Origin: a virus
Length of the DNA: 64,000 bases
IMG/VR virus record: IMGVR_UViG_3300021086_000001
Reading direction: 5' to 3' (one strand)
Within the stretch, counting starts at the first letter, position 1; each line of letters opens with the position of its first letter. This document shows positions 16,201-24,841 of the stretch, one piece after another. The translations under genes were made by a program, and so were the position numbers. Below the pieces are notes generated by a model. That model searched no databases and was not told the DNA's origin. It saw only the letters and a program-made list of their open reading frames with translations.

Positions 16201-18571
16201 TGGGAATAGGGCCGCCATTCGTACAGATCTGCCATGTGGAGCCACCATTAATTGAGCTCCATATGTTATTAGCTACCTGAGTAGGATCGGAGCTTACATC
16301 TACCCACTGGACAACACTGCCACCATATGTTCCCGCTCCTGTAAGGCTAACAGACTGGCTTGTCCACTCATTTGTGTTAAGGGAAGTAGGTGATATTCCA
16401 AAATTGTCAAATGTTCCAATATAGCCATTTGATGTATCAGTATTTGATATACGAAATCCAACATTTCCAGCCGATGTATAGGTTGCATCTGTTGTATTAA
16501 TTGCTAGCGTGTCATCAAAATAAATCTGGTGACTATTTCCACTTATAATAACCTTTATCCGGTGTATTGACTGACTTGTCAGATTGACAGTTGCTGTACT
16601 CCCTACCTGAGTAGGCGCAAAATTAGAAGAGGCACCTGCATTATTTGAACCTTTAAAAAGCTTGATAGTTGTTCCAATAACTTCAACTGCATAAGCAAAT
16701 GTACCGTCATAATTTGACCAACCCGTGGTACGATAGCAGCATCCAACCTTCATATTTGTATTGTCTACATTGACGTCAAACTCCATTTGAAAATCTTGCC
16801 ATGTTCCGGCAAAGTCCATGCGGGACCTGCCCTCGGTCAACTGATGGACTTCCATTCGAAATTGCTTAGAGTCAACATACTGAAAATCAGACGTTGGATG
16901 TCCAGGGCCTGTAGCGCCACCTCCAAAGAGAGTCTGTCCAGCAATAGCACCACTGATGCTACCATCATCCCACCCTCGCACGGCTCCAAATGGCATGAGC
17001 GTGTTGCTAGGTGCTTGCGTACCACTGAAGCTTGTGCCTGCACCATTCCACTGACCATTGGTAGTCCACTCAGCATTAATATCTGTTTTTGTCGCATTGT
17101 AAGAAGGTTGAAGGATGAGTTGCATAGAAGTAAGCAATGGTTGAGTCGGTTGGGAACTACCATTAACATCAAGTGCAGGCTGCTTTTCTGGGGAAGCACC
17201 CTTTCCCTGAGTGAAACTTTGGAGAAATTGAATTGTTTTCCCAGATACAGAAAGTCCAGCAAGTAAATTTGGCAATGCTGCATTATTGGAAGGAATTGGA
17301 GTATAACTATTTCCCCCATCAATACTATAAGATGTAGAGAACGTGTAGCCCGTTGGCAAACTTGTACTAAAGTTCAGGAAGGAATTCTTTACTATTTGAA
17401 CAGGACTAATATTATAAGCAGGCGACACACGGCTAGCCGTACTGCAATCATACGTAGGCACAACCGTCAAGCTTGTTGTGCCGTACCCTTGACGTTGCAT
17501 TTGCTTTGGAGGATTAACCCCTAGTGATCCTGAGAAGAATGTGCCATGATTGCCGCCGCCGCTATCCAGCCACGTCACATTTTTGACATATCCGGTATAC
17601 GTACCAGCTTTATCTCCCTCAATTGCTACCATAGCATAGGCAATTGTTTTCCCTACAAAAGTATCCATCAAGAAAGAACGATGGTACCACTGATCAACGG
17701 CTAAACCACCAAGATCAGTAGCAGGATGAGGGGATTTGTTTTGTGCATCAAACCATTGACCATTATTGGATGTGGCGTTGTCACGAACAGACGAACCATC
17801 AGTAAAAATAAGATCAACTGCTATTTTTGCCTCTGGAGATGATGAGGATATCCACAAATCATAAGTAAAGTATCTTCCCGATATAACTGAAATAGATCCT
17901 GTCCAGAACTGAACATAGGTGTAGCTATTCGTAATTGCCGCTACCGACTGTGTAGCCTGTATTTTCATAGTAGAAGTAGCAGACGGGCCGACCGCATTGT
18001 TAGCCGCTGTCATATTGGTCAGCGTACCCGCGCTAAAGTTTGATGTTTTGTTCTCCAGGATCGTGATAGTATTGCCAGCTAGGGCAAGTTCAAGATCTCC
18101 GCCCAAATCGGAAGTAGCAACGGTCCCACTCAGTGTCCCTTGCGCAAATTCAGCTTGCGTATTGTCTTCTCGAATAGCATAATTCGCTGTTATGCCATCT
18201 CCAGAAAGGACATCATTCACCATGCCAGCGACAATCACACCTGAATACTGCTTATTGTAAACGCGATTTGTTGCTCGTTCATCTGCTACCTGATGCATAT
18301 CATTGCAATCAATATCATGCAGATAAACAGGTGACCCGTCTAATCGATGTTTTATAGAAGAATGAACGGTACCAGTAAACTTAATAGTTGTTGCAGAGTC
18401 AACCATTGCAACTTGTTGGCCTTTTTGAAACGCAAAAGCATTTGATGGATCAAGAACCGTAAATGATAGTTTTGTTCTCTGTTCGATAGCAGGGCCAAAT
18501 TTAAATGTTCCTTTTTTAATGTCATAAGCAACACTATTGATAGTAACGGTAAAAGTGAGAGGTGTTGTCAT
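13256..18571 (-). CDS. 1771-aa tail tip/hub protein with DUF2341-like, LamG and lectin-like inserts
   Basis: follows the tape measure gene; WYNTGYGYKKKLTIDHTKV (DUF2341-like), LTYSFWI...WTKIDVTY...GDIDEVRYSN (LamG). Confidence 0.8.
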   Translation of the reverse strand: MTTPLTFTVTINSVAYDIKKGTFKFGPAIEQRTKLSFTVLDPSNAFAFQKGQQVAMVDSATTIKFTGTVHSSIKHRLDGSPVYLHDIDCNDMHQVADERATNRVYNKQYSGVIVAGMVNDVLSGDGITANYAIREDNTQAEFAQGTLSGTVATSDLGGDLELALAGNTITILENKTSNFSAGTLTNMTAANNAVGPSATSTMKIQATQSVAAITNSYTYVQFWTGSISVISGRYFTYDLWISSSSPEAKIAVDLIFTDGSSVRDNATSNNGQWFDAQNKSPHPATDLGGLAVDQWYHRSFLMDTFVGKTIAYAMVAIEGDKAGTYTGYVKNVTWLDSGGGNHGTFFSGSLGVNPPKQMQRQGYGTTSLTVVPTYDCSTASRVSPAYNISPVQIVKNSFLNFSTSLPTGYTFSTSYSIDGGNSYTPIPSNNAALPNLLAGLSVSGKTIQFLQSFTQGKGASPEKQPALDVNGSSQPTQPLLTSMQLILQPSYNATKTDINAEWTTNGQWNGAGTSFSGTQAPSNTLMPFGAVRGWDDGSISGAIAGQTLFGGGATGPGHPTSDFQYVDSKQFRMEVHQLTEGRSRMDFAGTWQDFQMEFDVNVDNTNMKVGCCYRTTGWSNYDGTFAYAVEVIGTTIKLFKGSNNAGASSNFAPTQVGSTATVNLTSQSIHRIKVIISGNSHQIYFDDTLAINTTDATYTSAGNVGFRISNTDTSNGYIGTFDNFGISPTSLNTNEWTSQSVSLTGAGTYGGSVVQWVDVSSDPTQVANNIWSSINGGSTWQICTNGGPIPNLTLGQSLSGVSVLFQIIFATNSSTILPAIQYLTAYALGGFSSSGTRISPALSLSNALIAGNTVANWDVVTPLGTSIVVATSPTGSGSWTNVNNGGPIAGIAGQPLPFLDTFAVDDHLNYIHLARTGGSAGTWVWDTSNSRVTVSGGTNDMQLSSPAWYNTGYGYKKKLTIDHTKVVGSSDLSSFPVLVHITDPSLANVANRGLVQNINGYDIVFSDSTETGGLFFEIESYDPVAGEIFMWVSVATVSHTVDTVFYMYFGNASITTSQEFVTGVWDSNFKLVMHGYDNAASTLVNESTSNANDGTAQQNTNALTVDGQVGRSLSYNGTSDYVNVPNAASLNTVATLTYSFWINPSAFNQASFAVAFGSYGATIIDRNESGNTNGYIIGIDTTGRLWWWPAGSQDKFSTAKIPLNTWTKIDVTYASSTVIIYFNGVQDSSQSSVTPQAVTNPLRIGGKSWVGGFFQGDIDEVRYSNSVRAAGWLGTEYNNQSSPDSFYSVGSLIAQPINSNKDVDLIVDTDQVDRGGLVWRQSDASNFYGLDIYDASSNAGLTNVIQLYKVVANTKTQIGSNVAISFIRGTYHRFHVLMVGTSVKVWLDDNVNTLINTTDSSLAGPGKAGLIEASGTAYFYNLRIQPQGQSLSGVNAYTRVTLSSTDPTQTPQLTDLTLAALHPNIALGALVDTADYRRKAVSANCDDLGKRSDCNWQIDPSKEMLFGPRIALPAPWILTSNDVLLDSNLKVENSGDLYRNRQILQGVMDTQIIQETHPGDGKSTSWSLQAPIAEGIPAISVNGQVKTIGQKGIDTGKDFYYAYGSNSLAQDASGTLLQPFVDSFTIGYIGQVTTEVVRNNTGGFPNTTSQSQYAALTGGSGIVEVVEDVSSQNLTVSAAQAYGDASLQRFGVIGRTLTCQTNRTGLSVGQYIPVFIPELGLFDASMLITAMDLSVVIVTASGQMSMLYYWQLTLVEGPSLGSWQKMFLEAF

Positions 18572-21411
18572 TTTTTCAAACCATGCCCTCTCAGCTCTTT
18601 TTTGACGTTATTCATCACCGTATTGGTCATTTCATGGCTATCGAGATGAACATGTGTTTCATTATTTACAATGACCGTAGGAGCCCCTTGCAAGGGGGTA
18701 GAGCGGGTGTTGGCCGTACCTACACCAGCGCCTTTTACACCAATGGCAACTGGTTTTACCAGATTATCAACAGCATCTTGAATTTGGGGTATCCCATTAA
18801 GCAACCCATTGCTGTACATATTTACAAAATTAGGAGCCCATTTATCCGCATCTCGACCAGGACCCTCTTTTGTGGGCGAATGAAAACCGAGGAAGTTTGC
18901 TACTGTTTGCGCCGCGCCTGCTAGTGCCGTTCCTATTCCTGCTATTTTGTCCTTGATGCCTTGGATGAATTGAGAGATGACATTGCCACCCCACGTGAGA
19001 AACTGTCCTGCTAGATTGCTAAACCAGCCTGAGATACTACTCCACAACCCGCCAAGAATGCCGCTGATTGTCCCCCACACACTACTAAATACACCAGTAA
19101 CCGCATTCCAGGCTGTTTGAGCATAGCCAGATAATGTATTCCATATAATGGACATTCCGCGCACTTCAGTATTCCAAGCAGCTTGTAACCAACCAATAAC
19201 TGTATTTACTACAGCCATGACAGCACCGCTAACAGCTCCCCATGCAGCACTTGCTATACCTACAACTCCATTCCATACACCACCTAGCCAATTGATAGTA
19301 GCTGTCCAAGCTCCTTGCAACCACGCAAAGCACCCCTTAAAAAAGTTCACTATTGCATCTACTAGCATCTTAAAATAGATATTATGGTTATAGAGCCAGA
19401 TAAATAATGCAGCAATAGCAATAACAGGAGCAAATAATACAGCTAAAAGAATGGTAACACCTATTTTGACCGCATTTACAATAAAGTTCCATGCCACTTG
19501 AATACCTACCACTATCCCGTTCCATACAGCATGAAAGAAACTTCCAATAGCTCCCAAAGCACCCATAAACCAGCCTGAGAACGCACCCCACACGCCTTGC
19601 AACCACGCAACGATAGCACCCCAGTGCTGGATTGCTAGAACAATACCAACAACTACAGCGGCTACCACAAGACCTATGAGGATAAAAGGCCATGTAGCAG
19701 CAATAACACCAGCGGCCATTGTCCAAGCCGCCGCAGCGCCTGCAAAAAAGCTTGCCACTAAGGCGGGAATAGTTGCTGTCACAAAAGTTATAATTGCAGG
19801 TATTGCAGCGGACAAAAGAGCAACTCCGATACCAGATAACACTCCAATGAGGATATCTCCACCTAATTGTGTTTGTGTAAAAAATCCATAGACGGCTTTT
19901 AGTGCGTTTCCAAGATTATTCAAAGCATCACGGACAGGAGCCACATTGTTGTAGAGCAGAATAAATCCAGCCACGACACCAGCAATAAGGCCTCCAACAA
20001 GAATGAAAGGCCATGCAAACGCCAAGAAACCCGCCGCTGCTGTCCAAGCCGCCTCTGCTGCAAGATAAAACGCTGCTACTAAAGCCCCTCCAATGAGACC
20101 TGCTACCGTTGGAAGAGACGCTTGCAACAAAGCTAAAGCTGCATGATTATTCTGGAAAAACGTGATAATATTTGTTCCTACACTCACGACCCCACCTATA
20201 GCATTAGAAAGAGCATAAAAAGCATTTTCAAGCACATGAGATGATATTAACCAATTTCCGAACTGAGTGATAGTAGGCATGATTTTAGATAATAATTCAC
20301 CCACCTTGGGCAGCAAGGCAGTTCCAAGCTTAATCCCCATCGTCTCCACAACTTCCCTGCCCTTGTCCATCTGGAAGTTGAAATATTGCTGAACTTTCGA
20401 CCAACCTGTTATGGAGCTACCACCACTCTTGACCGCATTTGCAATATTATCTACATTGCCCTTGAATGTGGACATGTGGGTGCCCGTTAAATCAAGCATG
20501 GTGCTCAGCGCAGATGACCCACCTGTGATATCCTTCAATGCAGACATATAGGCTGCGCTACCCTCTGGGAACTTCGTTTTCAGGTGGTCTGTGATCATCT
20601 GAAGCGCACTAGGAAGCGATGTTTTCATGGCCGTAGCCACATCTTGAGAGGAAAGACCAATATTTTTGAGGGCAGCCGCGCCTTTAGATGCGGGCGCTTC
20701 CAGGGCTAATACCGTTGTTTTCAAATAGTTAGCTGCTTGTCCAGCAGGTACACCTTCCCCCGTCATCGTTGCCATAGCCGCGCTGACATCACCCAGACTA
20801 ATACCAGCCGATGAGGCAATTGGAAGAATACTTTTGAGTGAAGAAGCCAGCGACCCCATAGTTGTCTTGCCACTAGCTACAGTCGCTATGAGATCATTGG
20901 TCACTGAAGCACTTTTATCAGCAGACATCCCATAGTCTGTGAGAGCTGTAGTAACGCCATTTGCCACATCTTTTAGTTGAGCATTCCCCACCTTCGCACC
21001 TTCAGCGGCATTCTTAAGCACATTCAACCCATCGGCCCCATGAAAGCCAGCAGACTCAATCATGTACATACCATCGGTCAAGGACTTTGTAGAAGTTGCT
21101 GTAGCAGGCGCAAGGGCAAGGATACCGTCTGAAACTTGCTTTATGTTCTTAGCCGATTCGCCCGCGCCCGTCTCAAGAGAAGTCATACCAGATTGAAAGT
21201 CCGCTGCCATTTTTGTACTAGCAACACCTATGCCAATGAGAGCTGTGCCAGCGAGAACCGCCGCGCCTTCTGCAAAACCACGAAGTGCCGAAGCGCCCGA
21301 TTCAGCAGATTGATTGACACTCTTCATGCTATTAGAAGCAGCTTGTACACCTGATGTAAGCTTACTCACATCAGCTACATATTCAACTACTAATTGCGCA
21401 AGGAGTGGCAT
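18568..21411 (-). CDS. tape measure protein (TP901-like)
   Basis: 947 aa, Ala/Gly-rich helical, AADFQSGM core, periodic Trp; follows the chaperone genes. Confidence 0.92.
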   Translation of the reverse strand: MPLLAQLVVEYVADVSKLTSGVQAASNSMKSVNQSAESGASALRGFAEGAAVLAGTALIGIGVASTKMAADFQSGMTSLETGAGESAKNIKQVSDGILALAPATATSTKSLTDGMYMIESAGFHGADGLNVLKNAAEGAKVGNAQLKDVANGVTTALTDYGMSADKSASVTNDLIATVASGKTTMGSLASSLKSILPIASSAGISLGDVSAAMATMTGEGVPAGQAANYLKTTVLALEAPASKGAAALKNIGLSSQDVATAMKTSLPSALQMITDHLKTKFPEGSAAYMSALKDITGGSSALSTMLDLTGTHMSTFKGNVDNIANAVKSGGSSITGWSKVQQYFNFQMDKGREVVETMGIKLGTALLPKVGELLSKIMPTITQFGNWLISSHVLENAFYALSNAIGGVVSVGTNIITFFQNNHAALALLQASLPTVAGLIGGALVAAFYLAAEAAWTAAAGFLAFAWPFILVGGLIAGVVAGFILLYNNVAPVRDALNNLGNALKAVYGFFTQTQLGGDILIGVLSGIGVALLSAAIPAIITFVTATIPALVASFFAGAAAAWTMAAGVIAATWPFILIGLVVAAVVVGIVLAIQHWGAIVAWLQGVWGAFSGWFMGALGAIGSFFHAVWNGIVVGIQVAWNFIVNAVKIGVTILLAVLFAPVIAIAALFIWLYNHNIYFKMLVDAIVNFFKGCFAWLQGAWTATINWLGGVWNGVVGIASAAWGAVSGAVMAVVNTVIGWLQAAWNTEVRGMSIIWNTLSGYAQTAWNAVTGVFSSVWGTISGILGGLWSSISGWFSNLAGQFLTWGGNVISQFIQGIKDKIAGIGTALAGAAQTVANFLGFHSPTKEGPGRDADKWAPNFVNMYSNGLLNGIPQIQDAVDNLVKPVAIGVKGAGVGTANTRSTPLQGAPTVIVNNETHVHLDSHEMTNTVMNNVKKELRGHGLKK

Positions 21412-21676
21412 TTATTTCCCTTCTTCTGCTTTATCACGGTCAATCGCGGCTATTAAATCATCGGTGATATCTTCGTTATCTTTATCTGAAGTTTTCCCGT
21501 TATTTATCTTTTCTGTTTCTTCATCCTCAATTGAGAATATGGCAGCCCAATTAGTGATCTCACCGCTTCCCATGCGCCCTAACATCTCTTCTACTGTCAT
21601 GCCGCCAATTGTGCTTGTTATTCGATGGTATAACCGTCGTTCTCCACTGAGTTTTCCTCTAAAGTAGGTTTTTTTT
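21412..21676 (-). CDS. -1 frameshift extension of the tail assembly chaperone (gpGT-like)
   Basis: the -1 frame from the A8 run reads KTYFRGKLSGERRLYHRITSTIGGMTVEEMLGRMGSGEITNW without a stop. Confidence 0.8.
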
Positions 21677-22187
21677 CCTCGATGTCCTCTTCACGAAGTC
21701 CTGAAAGCTCTGAAGCAGGCTTATTGAGAAGCTCAAGAATGCCACCAGGGCCTTCATTCAAGGGCATAATATCTCGCATATCGGTAAAGATCTGCTGTCC
21801 AGCTTTTGGATGAGCAGGAAGCCCATTCACACCAGGAAAACGATGATAATTTGGATCATCTGGAGAAGGTGGGAACTTTGGATCTGGATACCGGATGGAC
21901 AAGATAGTCATCATCGGGTAGAGCTTCACAAGATTGACTTTGGCTTTCTTACCTTCGATATCAGTACAATCCTGCAACAGCTTGGATCGCTCCTTGCCTT
22001 TAAGCTCACGAACGGTAACCCATCTTCCACTTCCTCCCCATCGTTCAACCCAAAAAGGCTTTTGCTGAAGCGGCGTCTCAAATGCTAATTGTCTATAATC
22101 ATCAAAATCTTCTGACATATCTGTAAGCTTTCTGACTACAAGAGTGATAAAGACGGTAGTTATTGCCGTTAAAATGACACCAACCAT
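21618..22187 (-). CDS. tail assembly chaperone (gpG-like)
   Basis: position between tail tube and tape measure; VTVRELKGKER motif; alternative start 22118. Confidence 0.8.
   Translation of the reverse strand: MVGVILTAITTVFITLVVRKLTDMSEDFDDYRQLAFETPLQQKPFWVERWGGSGRWVTVRELKGKERSKLLQDCTDIEGKKAKVNLVKLYPMMTILSIRYPDPKFPPSPDDPNYHRFPGVNGLPAHPKAGQQIFTDMRDIMPLNEGPGGILELLNKPASELSGLREEDIEEKKPTLEENSVENDGYTIE
21668..21677 (-). promoter_or_regulatory. programmed -1 ribosomal frameshift slippery site G-AAAAAAAA-C
   Basis: T8 run at 21669-21676 on the + strand, near the 3' end of the chaperone ORF. Confidence 0.8.
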
Positions 22188-23158
22188 TAGCTTGCTGCGA
22201 GATAGAGCGGCCCGTCGATCATGAAATCAAGATCTTCCATCTCAATATCCTTGAGTGGCACTTTCATGCTGTCCTTGGAGAGTTTGCAATAGCATTCCAA
22301 TCTAGGAAGTCCTGTTGTTGCATCAACTACAAGAGAAGCAATAAGCGTGTCGTCTGTAGTTATGGTGACTAAGTTCACATAGGTGTTGTCAACCAGAAAT
22401 TTATTAATCTTGATCTTTCCCCCAATCAACCCGCCTTTATAGGTTTTCCAGCGCGTAGGCGTACTTGTCGTCGTCATACAGGTAGTTTCTGATGTGTCAC
22501 GGGATAGATCTGGAGCCCATTCCAGGATGTCTCCAATGGCAGTTGCTAGCAGGTACGCGCCCGATGCTACTCGGCATCCTACCGATGTTCCAAGAAATGC
22601 AGAGTTGAAAGCAATCTTTCCGCCGACATACTGGATTGTGTAGGTTGTACTTGCCCTGGTTGTCCAAGTAAATCCATCTTGAGGATTTGTGATAATTGCA
22701 TCAGGACTTGCACCGCCCGTCAGGCTGTTCGTGGTACGGGTAATATTTGCCTGACTCGCAAAACCAAGTGTGCCTGTAAACTCAACTGTGTACGGTGTTC
22801 CTGGACCTGGACCTCCTGTCACCAGAACATTGCCAGCTCCAATACTTGAAAGTGCCTGCAATCGCGTCTGGACAGTTGACGCGGGGTCATTCCAGTTAAT
22901 GGCAGCCGTTGTTTGCGCTCCGAACGTCAGTGTGTACGTGCCACCAGTCGGACCACCAGTAATCGTGATCGTCTGCACTTCGTTGCACTCAGCTTGGATC
23001 ACGAAAGCCGATGTTCGATCCCAGTACCGCTTGGTCGGAATAGCACTACAGTTAAAGTTCTGGTGATCACCAAAGTCAGTTAGTGCCTGATTGGTAAAGG
23101 CAAGATTGGGCGTACTGGTGAGCATCAACTGTCCGTGTGAGCCATGGATAGCCGTCAT
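22187..23158 (-). CDS. tail tube protein paralogue 2 with a large N-proximal insertion
   Basis: shares RDTSETT, WKT..GGL.G and K.P.KD.E motifs with 23494-23886; insert contains EVQTITITGGPTGGTYTLTFG. Confidence 0.75.
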   Translation of the reverse strand: MTAIHGSHGQLMLTSTPNLAFTNQALTDFGDHQNFNCSAIPTKRYWDRTSAFVIQAECNEVQTITITGGPTGGTYTLTFGAQTTAAINWNDPASTVQTRLQALSSIGAGNVLVTGGPGPGTPYTVEFTGTLGFASQANITRTTNSLTGGASPDAIITNPQDGFTWTTRASTTYTIQYVGGKIAFNSAFLGTSVGCRVASGAYLLATAIGDILEWAPDLSRDTSETTCMTTTSTPTRWKTYKGGLIGGKIKINKFLVDNTYVNLVTITTDDTLIASLVVDATTGLPRLECYCKLSKDSMKVPLKDIEMEDLDFMIDGPLYLAAS

Positions 23159-23168
23159 TTACCACCTC

Positions 23169-23177
23169 TGATATACT
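23169..23177 (+). promoter_or_regulatory. extended -10 promoter of a putative leaderless antisense gene
   Basis: TG-A-TATACT ending 7 nt before ATG 23185. Confidence 0.55.
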
Positions 23178-23184
23178 GTCTGCT

Positions 23185-23529
23185 ATGAAACACTACATCC
23201 TTGATGTTCCTAAGCGTGGCTGTTATGATTGCAAAAAGCAATACTTGCAATGTAGGTGCTACGACAAACCCAAAGCTATCATCAACGAAACGCCTATTTA
23301 CCAAATTGGTGATGAAGTTTGTGTGCATATTCTTAATCAATGTGAATTTGTTAAAATCACCTCTATGCGTTATCCAGTTTATACAAACTGTACTAGCTGG
23401 AATGGCGCTCCTGTGATTGTGACCGATTATCAAGTAACAATGCATGACAATAGCATTGAATGGGTTTCCCGTGGTCATATCCATCACCAACCATCATGTA
23501 TAAGTGACCGCGCCCGTGATCTTGAGTGA
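23185..23529 (+). CDS. antisense moron-like gene (Cys cluster + SH3-like domain)
   Basis: CYDC..Y.QC.C then PIYQIGDEVCV...DYQV; fills the gap between the two tube genes. Confidence 0.55.
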   Translation: MKHYILDVPKRGCYDCKKQYLQCRCYDKPKAIINETPIYQIGDEVCVHILNQCEFVKITSMRYPVYTNCTSWNGAPVIVTDYQVTMHDNSIEWVSRGHIHHQPSCISDRARDLE

Positions 23530-23886
23530 CCAATCAACCGTCTCCATGTCTTTGATTGGAGCTTTTGCGCTGAACTTGTCAACGATAGCTGAAAAGCCAA
23601 AGTTGTGTGTTGCATCCAGGTACAAGCTCAAAGTAAGTGGAGTATCGCTGGTGATTGAATTCCACAAAGCTAGCTGGCCGTTCGTATCGGTCATGTCCAA
23701 GCGACCATTAAACTTTGCAGACGCGCCTGCTAGTCCACCAGCAAATGTTTTCCAAGGTAACGTCCCCGCTGCAAACTTGGTTGTTTCGCTTGTGTCTCTG
23801 TCAACATCAAGCTCCCAACTATCAATTTCTGCTACCGTAAAGGTAGAAACTTTTACATTTCCACCCTTCCCGTGTAAAGCAGCCAT
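23494..23886 (-). CDS. major tail tube protein
   Basis: 130 aa, VAEIDSWELDVDRDTSETT...WKTFAGGL, follows the tail terminator. Confidence 0.85.
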   Translation of the reverse strand: MAALHGKGGNVKVSTFTVAEIDSWELDVDRDTSETTKFAAGTLPWKTFAGGLAGASAKFNGRLDMTDTNGQLALWNSITSDTPLTLSLYLDATHNFGFSAIVDKFSAKAPIKDMETVDWSLKITGAVTYT

Positions 23887-23887
23887 A

Positions 23888-24751
23888 TTATGTCTCCTTA
23901 TCTAGTACAGCATCCTCAATACATTTGAGGTCTCTTGCCAAAATTCTGCTTCCTAATACTCTTAAAAGTGAATAGCCCTTACTGGCAAGGTAAATGTTTT
24001 TCTCTTTGTCTCTCTTTTGAATTTCCGGTTTACTATGCCAGTAATCACCATCGCACTCTATAACAAGATGCTTACTAGGAATATAAAAATCTACAGCATA
24101 CCTACCTATAAGCTTCTGAGTCTCATACTCAACACCTAATGCCTGTAAAAACTTTGCTACAATAATTTCTATATCAGTGTGAGTGTATTTTTTGCTTACA
24201 GAAGCAGACTGAATAATCCTTTCAGCGAGATCCGTCTCTGAAAAAATCTGTTTCATCTGCTCACTTTTTCTGTCCCTCAACTCTGGAGTCCAATAATCTT
24301 TTGCTGCTTTAATGGCATTCGCTCTCATCTCAGGATCGGACATTTGGGCTTTTGATGACTCGCTAGTAGCTTTTCGTTGCTCAGGATCTTTCCATCGCTT
24401 GTTAGCAGACTCACTCATTTTTTGCCGAACTTCGGGACGCTTCATAGCTTCTTTAACAGCATCTCTAGCAGCTTTACCTTTCTCAGGATCAGCATACTTT
24501 TTCTTTGCAGACTCACTCATTTTCGCCCTGACTTCAGGAGACTGAAGCGCTTGAAACTGAGCGTCTTGCATTGCTTTCTTCTTCTCAGGATCAGCCATTT
24601 GTTTCTTGGTAGTTTCGCTTAACTTCTCCTTTGCACCAGGACGGGCCATTTGAGCTTTAGTGCGTTCGCTCATTGCCTTCTTGTACTCAGGATCAGCCGC
24701 GCGTCTTTTTGCAGCTTCACTCATTTTGCGCCGTGTTTCATCTGATACCAT
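23888..24751 (-). CDS. free-standing homing-type endonuclease: NUMOD3-like repeats + DUF559/Vsr-like domain
   Basis: repeated KMSE(S/A)(A/T)K motifs; YAVDFYIP...VIECDGDYWH; GGAG RBS before ATG 24751. Confidence 0.8.
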   Translation of the reverse strand: MVSDETRRKMSEAAKRRAADPEYKKAMSERTKAQMARPGAKEKLSETTKKQMADPEKKKAMQDAQFQALQSPEVRAKMSESAKKKYADPEKGKAARDAVKEAMKRPEVRQKMSESANKRWKDPEQRKATSESSKAQMSDPEMRANAIKAAKDYWTPELRDRKSEQMKQIFSETDLAERIIQSASVSKKYTHTDIEIIVAKFLQALGVEYETQKLIGRYAVDFYIPSKHLVIECDGDYWHSKPEIQKRDKEKNIYLASKGYSLLRVLGSRILARDLKCIEDAVLDKET

Positions 24752-24841
24752 TGTTTGATTTCTCCATTCTAAAAAGTAAGTTCTACTATTTAGAACGAAG
24801 ATAGGAGGTAATGTTAACATAGGCGCAAACACTGCCAATTT

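Noticed and set aside
8019-18571. Diversity-generating retroelement or invertible tail-fibre switch
   Set aside because: No reverse transcriptase or serine invertase in the window, and no TR/VR pair or inverted cassettes seen.
23155-23490. Minus-strand ORF filling the gap between the tube genes
   Set aside because: No recognisable RBS or protein-like pattern; the opposite-strand ORF has a promoter and domain-like features. Not fully excluded.
23888-24841. Group I intron around the endonuclease
   Set aside because: The flanking genes are intact and abut the ORF; no room for an intron core.
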